From Candidatus Falkowbacteria bacterium (lineage in GTDB: Bacteria; Patescibacteriota; Patescibacteriia; Patescibacteriales; XYC2-FULL-47-12): 41,380 bases of DNA. A program made the translations under genes and the position numbers. Under the pieces are notes generated by a model. The model searched no databases, was not told where the DNA came from, and saw nothing but the letters and a program-made list of their open reading frames with translations. Where the stretch lies: the NCBI GenBank assembly GCA_043811275.1, contig JBDRNG010000005.1:1-41380 (forward strand). The letters are read 5' to 3'. The stretch's first letter is position 1, and each line of letters begins with the position of its first letter. Below, piece by piece: positions 7,805-17,442 of the stretch.

Positions 7805-8194
7805 ATGTCAAAATTCTATCTCAAAAATATTAAAAGAACAATGTTTGTAATTATAGGTAAGCAATTATTTTTGTCTCCTCCTAATTTGCACATTCCACAT
7901 GGAGATTGGTTTAAAAATGAAGGATGGATGGATAATAATGATAAGTCTTTTATGGAAAATAATCCACGAGGCTATATAGACACAAAAGGTATATATATTT
8001 ATCAAGGATATGATGCTCGAGTTCCTATAATTTCAAAAAAAATATTAAAAAAAATCATTAAAGATTTAAGTGTAAAATTAAATATCAATAATAATCTTCA
8101 TATTTTTTTAGGCACTATTGATATGCCTAATAATAAAAATGGTAGGCTTTCACCAAAGAATGATCTGGGATCAATTTCAAATGTCTTAAAATAG
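7805..8194 (+). CDS. Hypothetical protein (very AT-rich, no clear SD)
   Basis: ORF track only. Confidence 0.3.
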   Translation: MSKFYLKNIKRTMFVIIGKQLFLSPPNLHIPHGDWFKNEGWMDNNDKSFMENNPRGYIDTKGIYIYQGYDARVPIISKKILKKIIKDLSVKLNINNNLHIFLGTIDMPNNKNGRLSPKNDLGSISNVLK

Positions 8195-8204
8195 AATATA
8201 ACGT

Positions 8205-9536
8205 TTAGAGTGTAGAAAAATACTCGTTTAAAACGAAATATTTTTCTAAAATTTATTTATTGATACAGGCAAGGTGGCAAAACGAGTTTTACAGCCCTGC
8301 CCGTGGCAATGAATTGATATTATTAGATTGATTTTTAATGTTCTTTGATATTTTTAAGCTGTTTTTGGAATTAAAAAATTGACCATTCGCTTAAGATTGA
8401 CTGTTAAATAGATGATTAGGCTGTGTATATGCACTCTCCATTTGCCTCTATGTCTAGCTTTGCCAAGCCCATGCCTGTTTTTTACTTCCGCGAATTTCTG
8501 TTCAACCTTGTAACGCAATTTTTTTAAATGCAGGTAATGTTTATTTTTGTCTTTTTTTTCTTTGGCTCTTTTCATGTTATCTCGCGGTATCACATAATCC
8601 AGAATATTCCGTTCTTCCAATTCATCCGTATGTCCGACATATCCTTTATCTCCGCCTTGTTTTCGGATAGCGTCTTCTCCGCGGTAATCGCGCTCTTTGT
8701 CTATTAATGGAACAAGCTGGGATTCATCGGTTTTGTTCGCTTCGGTGGTAATAACCGCTGTTATCAGTTTGGTCTCCGCATCATCGTTTGTGTGACTTTT
8801 ATATCCGTACCAGCCCTTGCCGTTTGATTCTTTTTTTCCGAATTTAGCATCCTTGTCAGTTGTATTTCGATCAATGTAGGTCTTGTCGTTTTTATCCTGC
8901 TTGTCCTTGGCGCATTTTTTAAGATCAACATTAGCTTGAATATCGGTAGCATCCGCGTTCCTTTTATTTGATATTGATATGCCCAGCCGTTCAGCTTCGT
9001 CAAGCACGCGGTAAAATAGTCTTTCAAACGCATCCGCTCCTATCCTCTCTTTGAATTTTCCTAATTCAGTCCAATGCGGAACATCTTCGTTTAAACCTAA
9101 TCCGACGAAATAGCGATAAATAATATTGCAGTCTGTATTTGTCATTAATTCCCTTTCCGACAGGTTGTAGAGATTCTGGATTATGAGCAGTTTAAACATT
9201 CTTACCGGATGAATGGCGTTTTGCCCCATGCTTGAGTAACGGTCAGCAACCTCGCTTTCAACGAACGACCAGTCAATCAGTTTATTAATTTTAATGAGAA
9301 TATGATCCTGATTACGCTCAATAATTGGATCATAGGCGTAAGAGCCGAACATTGAATTAGTAAATTGGCTTTGAGTTTTAAACATAGATTTGTGTGTTTT
9401 AATTATTAGTAAAAATATTATTCTTACCTTAATTTTAGCACAAAAACCTCTGTTTGAGACGAGGATAACTTAACAAAATTATTCAATTTTCAAAGTAATT
9501 TTTGCCCTGCGAGCAGGGTATTCTTCTACACTCTAA
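8205..9536 (-). mobile_element. Complete IS5-family insertion sequence (1332 bp) with terminal inverted repeats and a 4-bp ACGT flanking duplication
   Basis: The left end ttagagtgtagaaaaatac is the near-exact reverse complement of the right end gtattcttctacactctaa. acgt occurs at 8201-8204 and 9537-9540. Confidence 0.85.
8354..9385 (-). CDS. IS5-family DDE transposase (InsH-like N-terminal domain plus DDE_Tnp_1-like core)
   Basis: HPVRMFKLLIIQNLYNLSERELMTNTDCNIIYRYFVGL, a DATDI segment, and a C-terminal YKVEQKFAEVKNRHGLGKARHRG. Confidence 0.85.
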   Translation of the reverse strand: MFKTQSQFTNSMFGSYAYDPIIERNQDHILIKINKLIDWSFVESEVADRYSSMGQNAIHPVRMFKLLIIQNLYNLSERELMTNTDCNIIYRYFVGLGLNEDVPHWTELGKFKERIGADAFERLFYRVLDEAERLGISISNKRNADATDIQANVDLKKCAKDKQDKNDKTYIDRNTTDKDAKFGKKESNGKGWYGYKSHTNDDAETKLITAVITTEANKTDESQLVPLIDKERDYRGEDAIRKQGGDKGYVGHTDELEERNILDYVIPRDNMKRAKEKKDKNKHYLHLKKLRYKVEQKFAEVKNRHGLGKARHRGKWRVHIHSLIIYLTVNLKRMVNFLIPKTA

Positions 9537-9568
9537 ACGTTGTATATCCGATTACGCTTCACTAAACC

Positions 9569-9597
9569 TTGACTATTTTTGCGGTATGTATTAATAT
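9569..9597 (+). promoter_or_regulatory. Sigma70-like promoter upstream of rpsA
   Basis: TTGACT, 17-nt spacer, TAATAT. It lies 33 bp from the IS end. Confidence 0.5.
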
Positions 9598-9691
9598 AAA
9601 ACATAACAATCATGCCTTTAATATAATCTCTTAATTCAAGGCGTTAGGGGAGCTCATAGATGGGTTTAAGATACTTTTTTTATTTAAAAAT

Positions 9692-11014
9692 ATGCAAGAT
9701 AAAACAAATCCAAAATTTGAAAATTTACTTAATAGCGCGACAATTACTTCACCACAAGTAGGGGATATTATAAAAGGAACTGTGCTTTCCGCCTCAAAGT
9801 CAGCCGTCAAAATGGATATTGACGGTATTATGATTGGTATTGTTCGCGGTCGTGAATTATATCGTGAAGCTCCAGAATACGCCAATTTAAAAGAAGGTGA
9901 TGAAGTAGAAGCAACAGTAATTGATTTAGAAAATGAAGATGGAGAGCTAGAATTGTCTTTCAGTTATGCTGGTCACCAAAAAGCTTGGGCCACCTTAACT
10001 AAAGCCTTTGAAGAAAAAGAAGTTATTATTGCTAAAGTTAAAGAAGCGAATAAAGGTGGTTTAGTTGTAACCTATGGACAGATAATGGGATTTTTGCCTG
10101 TTTCACAATTGTCTCCGGAAAACTATCCGCGTGTTAGTGGTGGTGATAAAACTAAAATTTTAGAAAAACTAAGAAGTTTTGTTGGCAATGATACAGAAGT
10201 AAAAGTTATGGATTTATCTGAAAAAGAAGATAAACTTATTGTTTCAGAAAAAATGGCTTGGAGTGAAAAACAAAAAGATGTGATTTCTCAATATAAATCA
10301 GGTTCAGTGGTTGAAGGAACAGCTACTGCTATTACTAACTTTGGTGTCTTTATCAGTTTTGGCGATAATCTGGAAGGATTAATTCATATTTCAGAATTGG
10401 CTTGGCAGCGCATTGAAAATCCAGCTGATCTTATTAAAGTGGGAGAAAAAATTAAAGCAGAAATTATTAATATTGATGGAGCAAAGATTTTTCTTTCTGC
10501 TAAAAAATTATTAAAAGATCCATGGATGGAAGTTGCTGAAAAATATAAAATTAACGCCAAAGTAAAAGGTTTAGTTCTTAAAGTTAATCCTTTTGGTTTA
10601 TTTGTAAAACTTGATGATGATATTCATGCCTTAGCTCATGTTACTTCACTAGCTATAAAAGAAGGTGAGTCTGTTGAAAGTAAATTTGAAGTTGGTAAGA
10701 GTTATGATTTTTATGTTATTTCCATGGAACCAAATAAACATCGTTTAGGGTTAGGCCTTAAACCAATTAAGGATAAGAAGTCCGAAAGTTTACCCCGCCT
10801 CGAACGAGGACGAGGTGAAGAGTCAGAAAGTCCAAAAGTCAACCCCGTTCACCCCGCCAAGTTGCGGGGCAAGCAAAGTAAGGACGAGGTAAAAAGTAAA
10901 AAGACCCTCCCTAGCCTACGGCAGGGCGGGCAAGAAGATCAGGACAAAAAAAAGAAAGAAAAACCCGCCGACGCTGGCAAGGCAAAGGAAGAGATAAAAG
11001 ATAAAAAAATATAG
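9692..11014 (+). CDS. rpsA: 30S ribosomal protein S1 (four S1 domains) with a basic/acidic low-complexity tail
   Basis: Repeated S1-domain pattern (G.I..G.V...........V..G..G.I). Confidence 0.85.
   Translation: MQDKTNPKFENLLNSATITSPQVGDIIKGTVLSASKSAVKMDIDGIMIGIVRGRELYREAPEYANLKEGDEVEATVIDLENEDGELELSFSYAGHQKAWATLTKAFEEKEVIIAKVKEANKGGLVVTYGQIMGFLPVSQLSPENYPRVSGGDKTKILEKLRSFVGNDTEVKVMDLSEKEDKLIVSEKMAWSEKQKDVISQYKSGSVVEGTATAITNFGVFISFGDNLEGLIHISELAWQRIENPADLIKVGEKIKAEIINIDGAKIFLSAKKLLKDPWMEVAEKYKINAKVKGLVLKVNPFGLFVKLDDDIHALAHVTSLAIKEGESVESKFEVGKSYDFYVISMEPNKHRLGLGLKPIKDKKSESLPRLERGRGEESESPKVNPVHPAKLRGKQSKDEVKSKKTLPSLRQGGQEDQDKKKKEKPADAGKAKEEIKDKKI
10784..10832. repeat. 49-nt block shared with rpsP (5523-5571)
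   Basis: See 5523-5571. Confidence 0.85.
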
Positions 11015-11028
11015 TTTAAAATTTGTTG

Positions 11029-11207
11029 TGCGGATTTATTAATATATCAAACCATTAATCCGAATACTCTGTGTTTATTTAAATCTTCATGCAACTATCC
11101 GAATGTTCCGAATGCTTACTATAAATTCCACAAATTATTTCATCCAAATTCGTGGCATTCGGATAGTTACAGGGGGTGTGTAGATACGCACAAATCATTC
11201 GGATTAA
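11029..11207. repeat. Intergenic palindromic repeat, family C copy 1 (ttaatccgaat...gcaactatccgaatg...cattcggatagtt...attcggattaa)
   Basis: Nested inverted repeats read directly. Related copies lie at 15360-15597 and 19683-19875. Confidence 0.75.
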
Positions 11208-11248
11208 AAGATCATAAATTTTTTAAATCCGTATAAAATAAATTCTAT

Positions 11249-13093
11249 ATGAAACAATTACTTAAAAATTTTGTTATATTTTTCGCCATCTTTATTGTAT
11301 TGGCCGGAGTTTTTTATAGTATGTCTGACGAAGCGCAACAGCAAGAGCGAGTGGGAATTCAGAAATTAGTAGAAGAAATTAATAATGAAGAAGTGAAAAG
11401 TATTACGGTTGAAGGCAGTTTGCTGAATATCGCGCTTAATGATGATACAAGACAAGTTGTTAAAAAAGAAATAGGAGAGTCACTTTCAAGTATGCTTAAA
11501 AATCTTGAAGTGCCAACGGAAAAGATTGCTAAAGTTAATATTGAAGTTAAAGAAGAGAGTGGTTGGCAGTTTTGGATGACAACGTTGTTGCCGTTTTTAT
11601 TACCGCTTTTTGTAATCGGCATCTTTATTTATATTATGTTTAGGCAAGTGCAGGGCGCTAATGGCAGGGCAATGATGTTTGGTCAATCTCAAGCTCGTGA
11701 ATTTAATAAAGAAGACAAAGATAAAAAAGACCGTATTACTTTTAAAGATGTAGCTGGTGTTAAAGAAGCTAAAGAAGAGTTAGAAGAAGTAGTGGAATTT
11801 TTAACTAATCCTAAAAAATTCTTAGAGTTGGGTGCGCGTATTCCGAGAGGAGTGCTATTAGTAGGCGGTCCAGGAACTGGTAAAACTCTTTTAGCTAAAG
11901 CAGTCGCTGGTCAAGCTAAAGTGCCTTTTTATCATATCTCCGGTTCAGAGTTTGTGGAAATGTTTGTTGGCGTGGGAGCATCTCGTGTACGCGATTTATT
12001 TAAGCGCGCTAAAAAGAATTCTCCTTGCATTGTTTTTATTGATGAAATTGACGCAGTTGGTCGTCGGCGAGGAGCTGGTTTAGGTGGCTCGCATGATGAA
12101 CGAGAACAGACTTTAAATCAAATTTTAGTAGAGATGGATGGTTTTGAACCAACTACTAATGTCATTGTCATTGCCGCTACTAATCGACCTGATGTTTTAG
12201 ATCCGGCTTTATTGCGCCCGGGTCGCTTTGATCGCCGAGTTGTGCTAGATAATCCTGATTTACAAGATCGCACAGATATTTTAAAAGTGCATGCTAAGAA
12301 AAAGCCTTTAGCCAAAGAAGTAAGTTTACGACGTATAGCTGAACGCACTCCTGGGTTTACTGGCGCTGATTTAGCCAATTTGCTTAATGAGGCGGCTATT
12401 CTAGCTGCCCGCAAAAATAAAAAGTTAATTGAAATGGAAGATACTTTTGATAGTATTGAAAAAGTAATGTTAGGTCCAGAAAGAAAAAATCGCATCATCT
12501 CTGAAAAAGAAAAAAAGATTACCGCCTATCATGAAGCTGGGCATGCTTTAGTAGCTCATGTTTTACCAAATGTTGATCCAGTCCAAAAAATTTCAGTAAT
12601 TTCTCGTGGCATGGCCGGTGGTTATATGCTTAAAGTTCCAACCGAAGATAAACACATGCATTCTAAAACAGAATTTGTAGAAGATATTTCGGTAATGCTA
12701 GGCGGTTATATAGCAGAGAAAGAAGTTTTTAATGACATTACCACCGGCGCTACTAGTGATCTACGCAAAGCCACTGAATTAGCCCGTCAGATGATTACTG
12801 ATTATGGCATGAGTAATAACTTAGGTCCGCGCACTTTTGGCAATAAAGATGAATTGGTATTTTTAGGTAGAGAAATACATGAACAGCGCGATTACTCGGA
12901 AAAATTAGCCGAAAAGATTGACGAAGAAATAATGGATTATATTAATAAAGCCGCCGAGCGCGCTCGGGAAATTATTCATAATGATCGCGACAGGCTAGAA
13001 AAAATTGTTAAAGTTTTGTTAAAGAAAGAAACATTAGAAAAAGAGGAATTTGAGAAGTTGATGGAAGAAGATGAAGTGAAAAATGAGAAATAA
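11249..13093 (+). CDS. ftsH: ATP-dependent zinc metalloprotease FtsH
   Basis: [13 protein letters not shown]-type Walker A (GGPGTGKT), DEIDAVG, a second region of homology, and the HEAGHAL zinc motif. Confidence 0.95.
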   Translation: MKQLLKNFVIFFAIFIVLAGVFYSMSDEAQQQERVGIQKLVEEINNEEVKSITVEGSLLNIALNDDTRQVVKKEIGESLSSMLKNLEVPTEKIAKVNIEVKEESGWQFWMTTLLPFLLPLFVIGIFIYIMFRQVQGANGRAMMFGQSQAREFNKEDKDKKDRITFKDVAGVKEAKEELEEVVEFLTNPKKFLELGARIPRGVLLVGGPGTGKTLLAKAVAGQAKVPFYHISGSEFVEMFVGVGASRVRDLFKRAKKNSPCIVFIDEIDAVGRRRGAGLGGSHDEREQTLNQILVEMDGFEPTTNVIVIAATNRPDVLDPALLRPGRFDRRVVLDNPDLQDRTDILKVHAKKKPLAKEVSLRRIAERTPGFTGADLANLLNEAAILAARKNKKLIEMEDTFDSIEKVMLGPERKNRIISEKEKKITAYHEAGHALVAHVLPNVDPVQKISVISRGMAGGYMLKVPTEDKHMHSKTEFVEDISVMLGGYIAEKEVFNDITTGATSDLRKATELARQMITDYGMSNNLGPRTFGNKDELVFLGREIHEQRDYSEKLAEKIDEEIMDYINKAAERAREIIHNDRDRLEKIVKVLLKKETLEKEEFEKLMEEDEVKNEK

Positions 13094-13164
13094 AAAATAA
13101 GAATAGCGAGGATTATAAGAATAAAGAGTAAGTATAAAATAATAGATAATAGATATTTCAGTAG

Positions 13165-13193
13165 GAACAGGGCATTGCCCTGTTCTTATTTTT
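13165..13193. terminator. Intrinsic terminator after ftsH
   Basis: gaacagggc-att-gccctgttc followed by ttattttt. Confidence 0.75.
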
Positions 13194-13244
13194 AAATAAA
13201 AAAAGCCCAGACATTTTCTGTCGGGGCGTGAGGTGAGGCGTGGG

Positions 13245-13436
13245 TTAAGCGAATGATCCACAAAGTTCAAGTTTGTCCAATTCTTTTTTACATTTTTCTT
13301 CCGAATCCCACATATTTGATAATACTTGTCGTTGTTCTGGTGTGAGCGTGAATGAGAAAGTTTTTTTATCGGGCGGTTCATGAACGACGCAAGGAAGTTC
13401 TTTGTCATCAGGTTTTTTATTTGAATTTGTCATCAT
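13245..13436 (-). CDS. Small hypothetical protein (63 aa)
   Basis: ORF preceded by aaaggagaaaaaatc-ATG. Confidence 0.45.
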   Translation of the reverse strand: MMTNSNKKPDDKELPCVVHEPPDKKTFSFTLTPEQRQVLSNMWDSEEKCKKELDKLELCGSFA

Positions 13437-13464
13437 GATTTTTTCTCCTTTCTCTTAATCTTTT

Positions 13465-13647
13465 TTAAGAGACAACGCATTCATGTGCTAAATAATTCCA
13501 CCAATACTTCTCATTTTCTTCCCTGAATTTTGGTTCCATGTCTTTCTGATATCGTCTGGATATTCCATCGATTTCTTTTTTAGTAAATCTGCCTAAACAT
13601 TCAGTATTTGGATACTCTGTGTCTAACTCAAACTCAAAAGTTGGCAT
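13465..13647 (-). CDS. Small hypothetical protein (60 aa)
   Basis: ORF preceded by aaaggagaaaaatc-ATG. Confidence 0.45.
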   Translation of the reverse strand: MPTFEFELDTEYPNTECLGRFTKKEIDGISRRYQKDMEPKFREENEKYWWNYLAHECVVS

Positions 13648-13683
13648 GATTTTTCTCCTTTCTATTTAGCTGATAAAACCATA

Positions 13684-13803
13684 TCAGCTAAAAACTCCCA
13701 TTTTCCAGAATAGCCATGTTAATAAAATAACTGATACAACAGTTGAGGCCACAGGATGAAAATAGAAACAAGAACTAATCTGTTGTTTTGTGTTATCAAA
13801 CAT
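13684..13803 (-). CDS. Candidate 39-aa hydrophobic peptide, absent from the ORF track
   Basis: My translation is MFDNTKQQISSCFYFHPVASTVVSVILLTWLFWKMGVFS. The SD gagggagg lies 7 nt upstream. Confidence 0.35.
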   Translation of the reverse strand: MFDNTKQQISSCFYFHPVASTVVSVILLTWLFWKMGVFS

Positions 13804-13955
13804 GGTTATCCTCCCTCAAATTGTGATGTTTCACGTGAAAAGAACAATACCTTCTTATTTTAAGCTTAACTCTTATTTTAATTGTGGTCAAATAGTGAAT
13901 ATTGTTTATTTTTGAATAAAGTGATAATATGATTATGTAATTAATATTTGTTATT

Positions 13956-14216
13956 ATGCTTGACCAAAGTGATCTACAATCAATAAAAAGCCTTATTGAT
14001 CAAAGCTTAGCGCCTATTAAACAAGAATTGTCTTCTATAAGGCAAGAAATTTTTAATTTTGGTAAAGATTTAAAGAGAGTTGAAGATAAATTGGATAGAG
14101 TTATTAAAATGGAAACAGAAGATATTATTGCGCTTAATAACGACGTTAAAGAATTAAAACAAAAATATTTTACATTAGAACAACAGCTTAAGAATTTACA
14201 GCAACAACAAATATAA
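13956..14216 (+). CDS. Hypothetical coiled-coil protein
   Basis: Heptad-like L/I/Q/K composition. Confidence 0.4.
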   Translation: MLDQSDLQSIKSLIDQSLAPIKQELSSIRQEIFNFGKDLKRVEDKLDRVIKMETEDIIALNNDVKELKQKYFTLEQQLKNLQQQQI

Positions 14217-14244
14217 TTTATTAAGTATAATTTATTATTTTTAA

Positions 14245-14351
14245 TACCCCATCCCCTTGGGGTGGGTACATTATAGAAGGGAAAGGTGTCGGGAAACCGT
14301 AGGTTTCCTGACTTAAATCAAATAAGATACCCCGTCCGCTTGCGGCGGGGT
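14245..14351. repeat. Three consecutive short GC-rich hairpins in an AT-rich spacer
   Basis: taccccatcccc/ggggtgggta, gtcgggaaacc-gta-ggtttcctgac and accccgtccgc/gcggcggggt. Confidence 0.6.
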
Positions 14352-14392
14352 TACCTAAGCTAATTCATTTAAATTTTTTAAAGGAGGAATAC

Positions 14393-15349
14393 ATGCCTAT
14401 TAAATACAAACAACTTTTAACTTCAGCGATGCAAATGATACTGCATCATAAGTACCTTTGGTTTTTTGGATTGTTTTCAGCATTTTTAACCGGAGGTTTT
14501 AGTTATCGCATTGATGATGGCAGTTTTTTATATAATTGGCAGCAATTACAGAGCACGGGAATTTTTGACCTTAGTATTTTTAGCAAGATTACTGAATTAG
14601 CGCAAGTTAATCCAACTGGATTGATTGTACAGGCGAGTATTTTAATTGCAGTGATTATTTTAGGATTATTTTTATTGTGGTTAGCGATTGTATCTCAAGG
14701 AGCTTTAATTAATTCGGTGTCTAAAATTGATAGTAATAAAAAAACAGATTTTTCTGACGGACTGCAAGCAGGCAAGAAGCATTTTTGGGCAATATTTTTT
14801 TTCCGAGTATTAGAAAGAGTTGTGATTGTCGCCTTGCTTTTAGTAGTACTTGTCTCTGCTTTTGCGGCTTTAGCGGTTTCTCAACAAATTTTTATCCGTT
14901 TGATTTATTATATCGCAACAGTTGTGGTTATTATTTTAATATTTTTATTAACTATAGCTGTTCGTTACGCTATTTCTTACCAAGTGATAAAAGATTTGCG
15001 TTTTATTGAATCGTTGCAAGTAGGATTTTGGTTGTTAAAACGTAATTTTTTAGCTAGCATTGAAGCAGGCATAATTATTTTTGCAGTTAGTTTTGTTTTA
15101 GGATTTTTAGTATTAATGTTATTGGCTGCTGCAGTTATTCCTTTTGCGTTTTTATTATTTATTTTTTTCAAACTAGCGTTTAATGCTGTTTTAATGGCTG
15201 TCTTAATAACTGGCATTATCACCCTTTTTATTTTAATTGTAATTATTGGCGGTATCTTGGGGGCGTTTAATGATATTTATTGGACATTAGTATTTTTACA
15301 AGTAGCAAAGAATAATCCAAAAAGTATTATAAGATCAGTCTTTAATTAG
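14393..15349 (+). CDS. Multi-pass integral membrane protein, function unknown
   Basis: SD aaaggagg and several long hydrophobic segments. Confidence 0.7.
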   Translation: MPIKYKQLLTSAMQMILHHKYLWFFGLFSAFLTGGFSYRIDDGSFLYNWQQLQSTGIFDLSIFSKITELAQVNPTGLIVQASILIAVIILGLFLLWLAIVSQGALINSVSKIDSNKKTDFSDGLQAGKKHFWAIFFFRVLERVVIVALLLVVLVSAFAALAVSQQIFIRLIYYIATVVVIILIFLLTIAVRYAISYQVIKDLRFIESLQVGFWLLKRNFLASIEAGIIIFAVSFVLGFLVLMLLAAAVIPFAFLLFIFFKLAFNAVLMAVLITGIITLFILIVIIGGILGAFNDIYWTLVFLQVAKNNPKSIIRSVFN

Positions 15350-15359
15350 AAGTAACTTA

Positions 15360-15597
15360 GTGCGGATTTAATTTTGTATACGATCATTTAATACGCCCTC
15401 CCATGCTACGCTAGGCGGGTAAAAATGCGCTGTGCGGATTTAAACCGACTCAGATTCACCCCGTTAGATAATACCAAGCAATCTAATGGGGTAAATGCGA
15501 ATGCCACGAATTCCGCTCATAATGTTTTGTGCAGAATTCGTGGCATTCGCATAGTTGCAGGCAGATTTAAGTTCGCACAAGGTATTCGTATTAATGG
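15360..15597. repeat. Family C palindromic repeat, copy 2 (with extra GC-rich inserts)
   Basis: gtgcggattta..., aatgcgaatgccacgaatt / aattcgtggcattcgcatagttgca. Confidence 0.7.
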
Positions 15598-15683
15598 ATT
15601 GTAAACCGTTTAAAAGCATACAAAGTTACTTCTACTAGTAATTAGTAGGGATAAAAATTAAGTATAAAACTCAACATTATTTT

Positions 15684-17387
15684 ATGTCTAGTGATTTTAA
15701 ATCAATTGAAGATTTATTGCCTGAAGACGGCGATGGTAGTAAAGATGAAGATACAACCCAAGGAAAGTTTCAAAGTAAACAAGTAGAAATTAAGAAAAAA
15801 GAAGCTGAAAAAATAACTGAAGAAAAAGCAAACAGCGCAGGCTTGCCTTATATAAATTTAACTGGTTTTCCAATTAGCCCAGAAGCGTTGTCTAAGATCT
15901 CTGAAGAAGAAAGCAAACGGCTTAAGGTCGTCTGTTTTTTATATAATGGTGAAGAATTGCGTTTGGGAGTAGTTGCTGTAACTACTGAAGTTGAAGAGAT
16001 ATTAAAACAATTGACTGAAAAATTACACGCCAAAGGACAACTTTATCTTATTTCCGAAGATAGTTTTCAGAAAGCGATTGTGCTTTATAAAAATATCGCT
16101 AAGCCTAAAAATATTGTTAAAGGAGTAAAAGTTACTGAAGAAGAATTAAATAAATATAGTGAAAAGTTCAGTAGCTTTAAAGATCTGCAGAGTCAAATTG
16201 TTAAAGCCGATATTAGCCAGACTGTTTCTATGATGTTGGCGGCAGCTATTAAATCTCGCGCTTCAGATATTCATATTGAAAGTGAAGAAAAAGAAATAAA
16301 AGTGCGTTATCGCATTGACGGTGTTTTGCAAGATGTGGCCATGTTTAATCAAGAGAGGAGAGAAAAAATTGTTTCTCGACTTAAAGTTTTAGCTAAAGTA
16401 AAAATTAATGTTATTGACAGACCGCAGGATGGGAGATTTACTATTTTTATGAAAGAGAGAAAGATTGATATTCGCATTTCCTTTTTACCCACTGCCTACG
16501 GTGAAAGCGTGGTTATGCGTTTACTTGATTCTAAAAAGCAGGATATTTCTTTTGAAGATTTAGGCTTAGTTGATAAAGCTTTTGAACAATTAAAGCGAGA
16601 AGTTGAACGGCCTAATGGCATGATAATTACTACCGGGCCAACTGGCTCTGGTAAAACAACCACCCTTTATGCTATTTTAAGAAAGCTTAATCAGCCAAAA
16701 ACGAAAATTATTACTATTGAAGATCCAATTGAATATCAGATTGAAGGCATTAACCAAAGCCAGACATCGGAGAATTATACTTTTGCCAAAGGCTTGCGTT
16801 CTATTGTTCGTCAAGATCCAGATGTAATAATGGTCGGGGAGGTGCGCGATTTAGAAACTGCTGAAATTGCCACCCAAGCCGCTTTAACCGGACATTTAGT
16901 TTTGTCCACTATCCATACTAACGACGCCTCCGGAACAATTCCGCGTTTACTATCCATGGGATTAAAGCCATTTTTATTAGCTCCTTCTTTAAATGCTATG
17001 ATTGGCCAACGTTTAGTTCGTCGTGTTTGCGACAAATGTAAAAAAGAGGTAGCATTGTCGGATGAACAAAAAAAACGCATTAAAGATATTATGGATAAAC
17101 TGCCAGAAGAAGAGAAAAGTAAATATAATATTGAAGAAGCAAAATTTCAAAAAGGCGAAGGTTGTGATGAGTGTCAAAGTTTAGGCTATAAAGGTCGGAT
17201 TGGAATTTATGAAGTTATGGTCATGAATGCTGATATTGAAAAATTAATTCAAGAAGAAAAAGTTAGTGAATTTAATATAGCTGAAGTAGCTAGAAAAGAT
17301 GGCATGATAACTATGGCGCAAGATGGTGTTATTAAAGCAATGCAAGGGAAAACAACAGTGGAAGAGGTTCTTCGTGTCGCGGAGTAG
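15684..17387 (+). CDS. GspE/PilB-family secretion or type IV pilus assembly ATPase
   Basis: GPTGSGKTTT Walker A, DPDVIMVGEVRD, an His box TGHLVLSTIHTND, and a CxxC...CxxC tetracysteine motif. Confidence 0.9.
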   Translation: MSSDFKSIEDLLPEDGDGSKDEDTTQGKFQSKQVEIKKKEAEKITEEKANSAGLPYINLTGFPISPEALSKISEEESKRLKVVCFLYNGEELRLGVVAVTTEVEEILKQLTEKLHAKGQLYLISEDSFQKAIVLYKNIAKPKNIVKGVKVTEEELNKYSEKFSSFKDLQSQIVKADISQTVSMMLAAAIKSRASDIHIESEEKEIKVRYRIDGVLQDVAMFNQERREKIVSRLKVLAKVKINVIDRPQDGRFTIFMKERKIDIRISFLPTAYGESVVMRLLDSKKQDISFEDLGLVDKAFEQLKREVERPNGMIITTGPTGSGKTTTLYAILRKLNQPKTKIITIEDPIEYQIEGINQSQTSENYTFAKGLRSIVRQDPDVIMVGEVRDLETAEIATQAALTGHLVLSTIHTNDASGTIPRLLSMGLKPFLLAPSLNAMIGQRLVRRVCDKCKKEVALSDEQKKRIKDIMDKLPEEEKSKYNIEEAKFQKGEGCDECQSLGYKGRIGIYEVMVMNADIEKLIQEEKVSEFNIAEVARKDGMITMAQDGVIKAMQGKTTVEEVLRVAE

Positions 17388-17442
17388 TTCTAAATTATCA
17401 TAGATAAAATATAAGTTTTTAAGGGTTAAAAATTTAAACATT

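Noticed and set aside
8764-9033. 89-aa ORF inside the IS in another frame of the minus strand
   Set aside because: It is nested within the transposase gene and has no independent signals.
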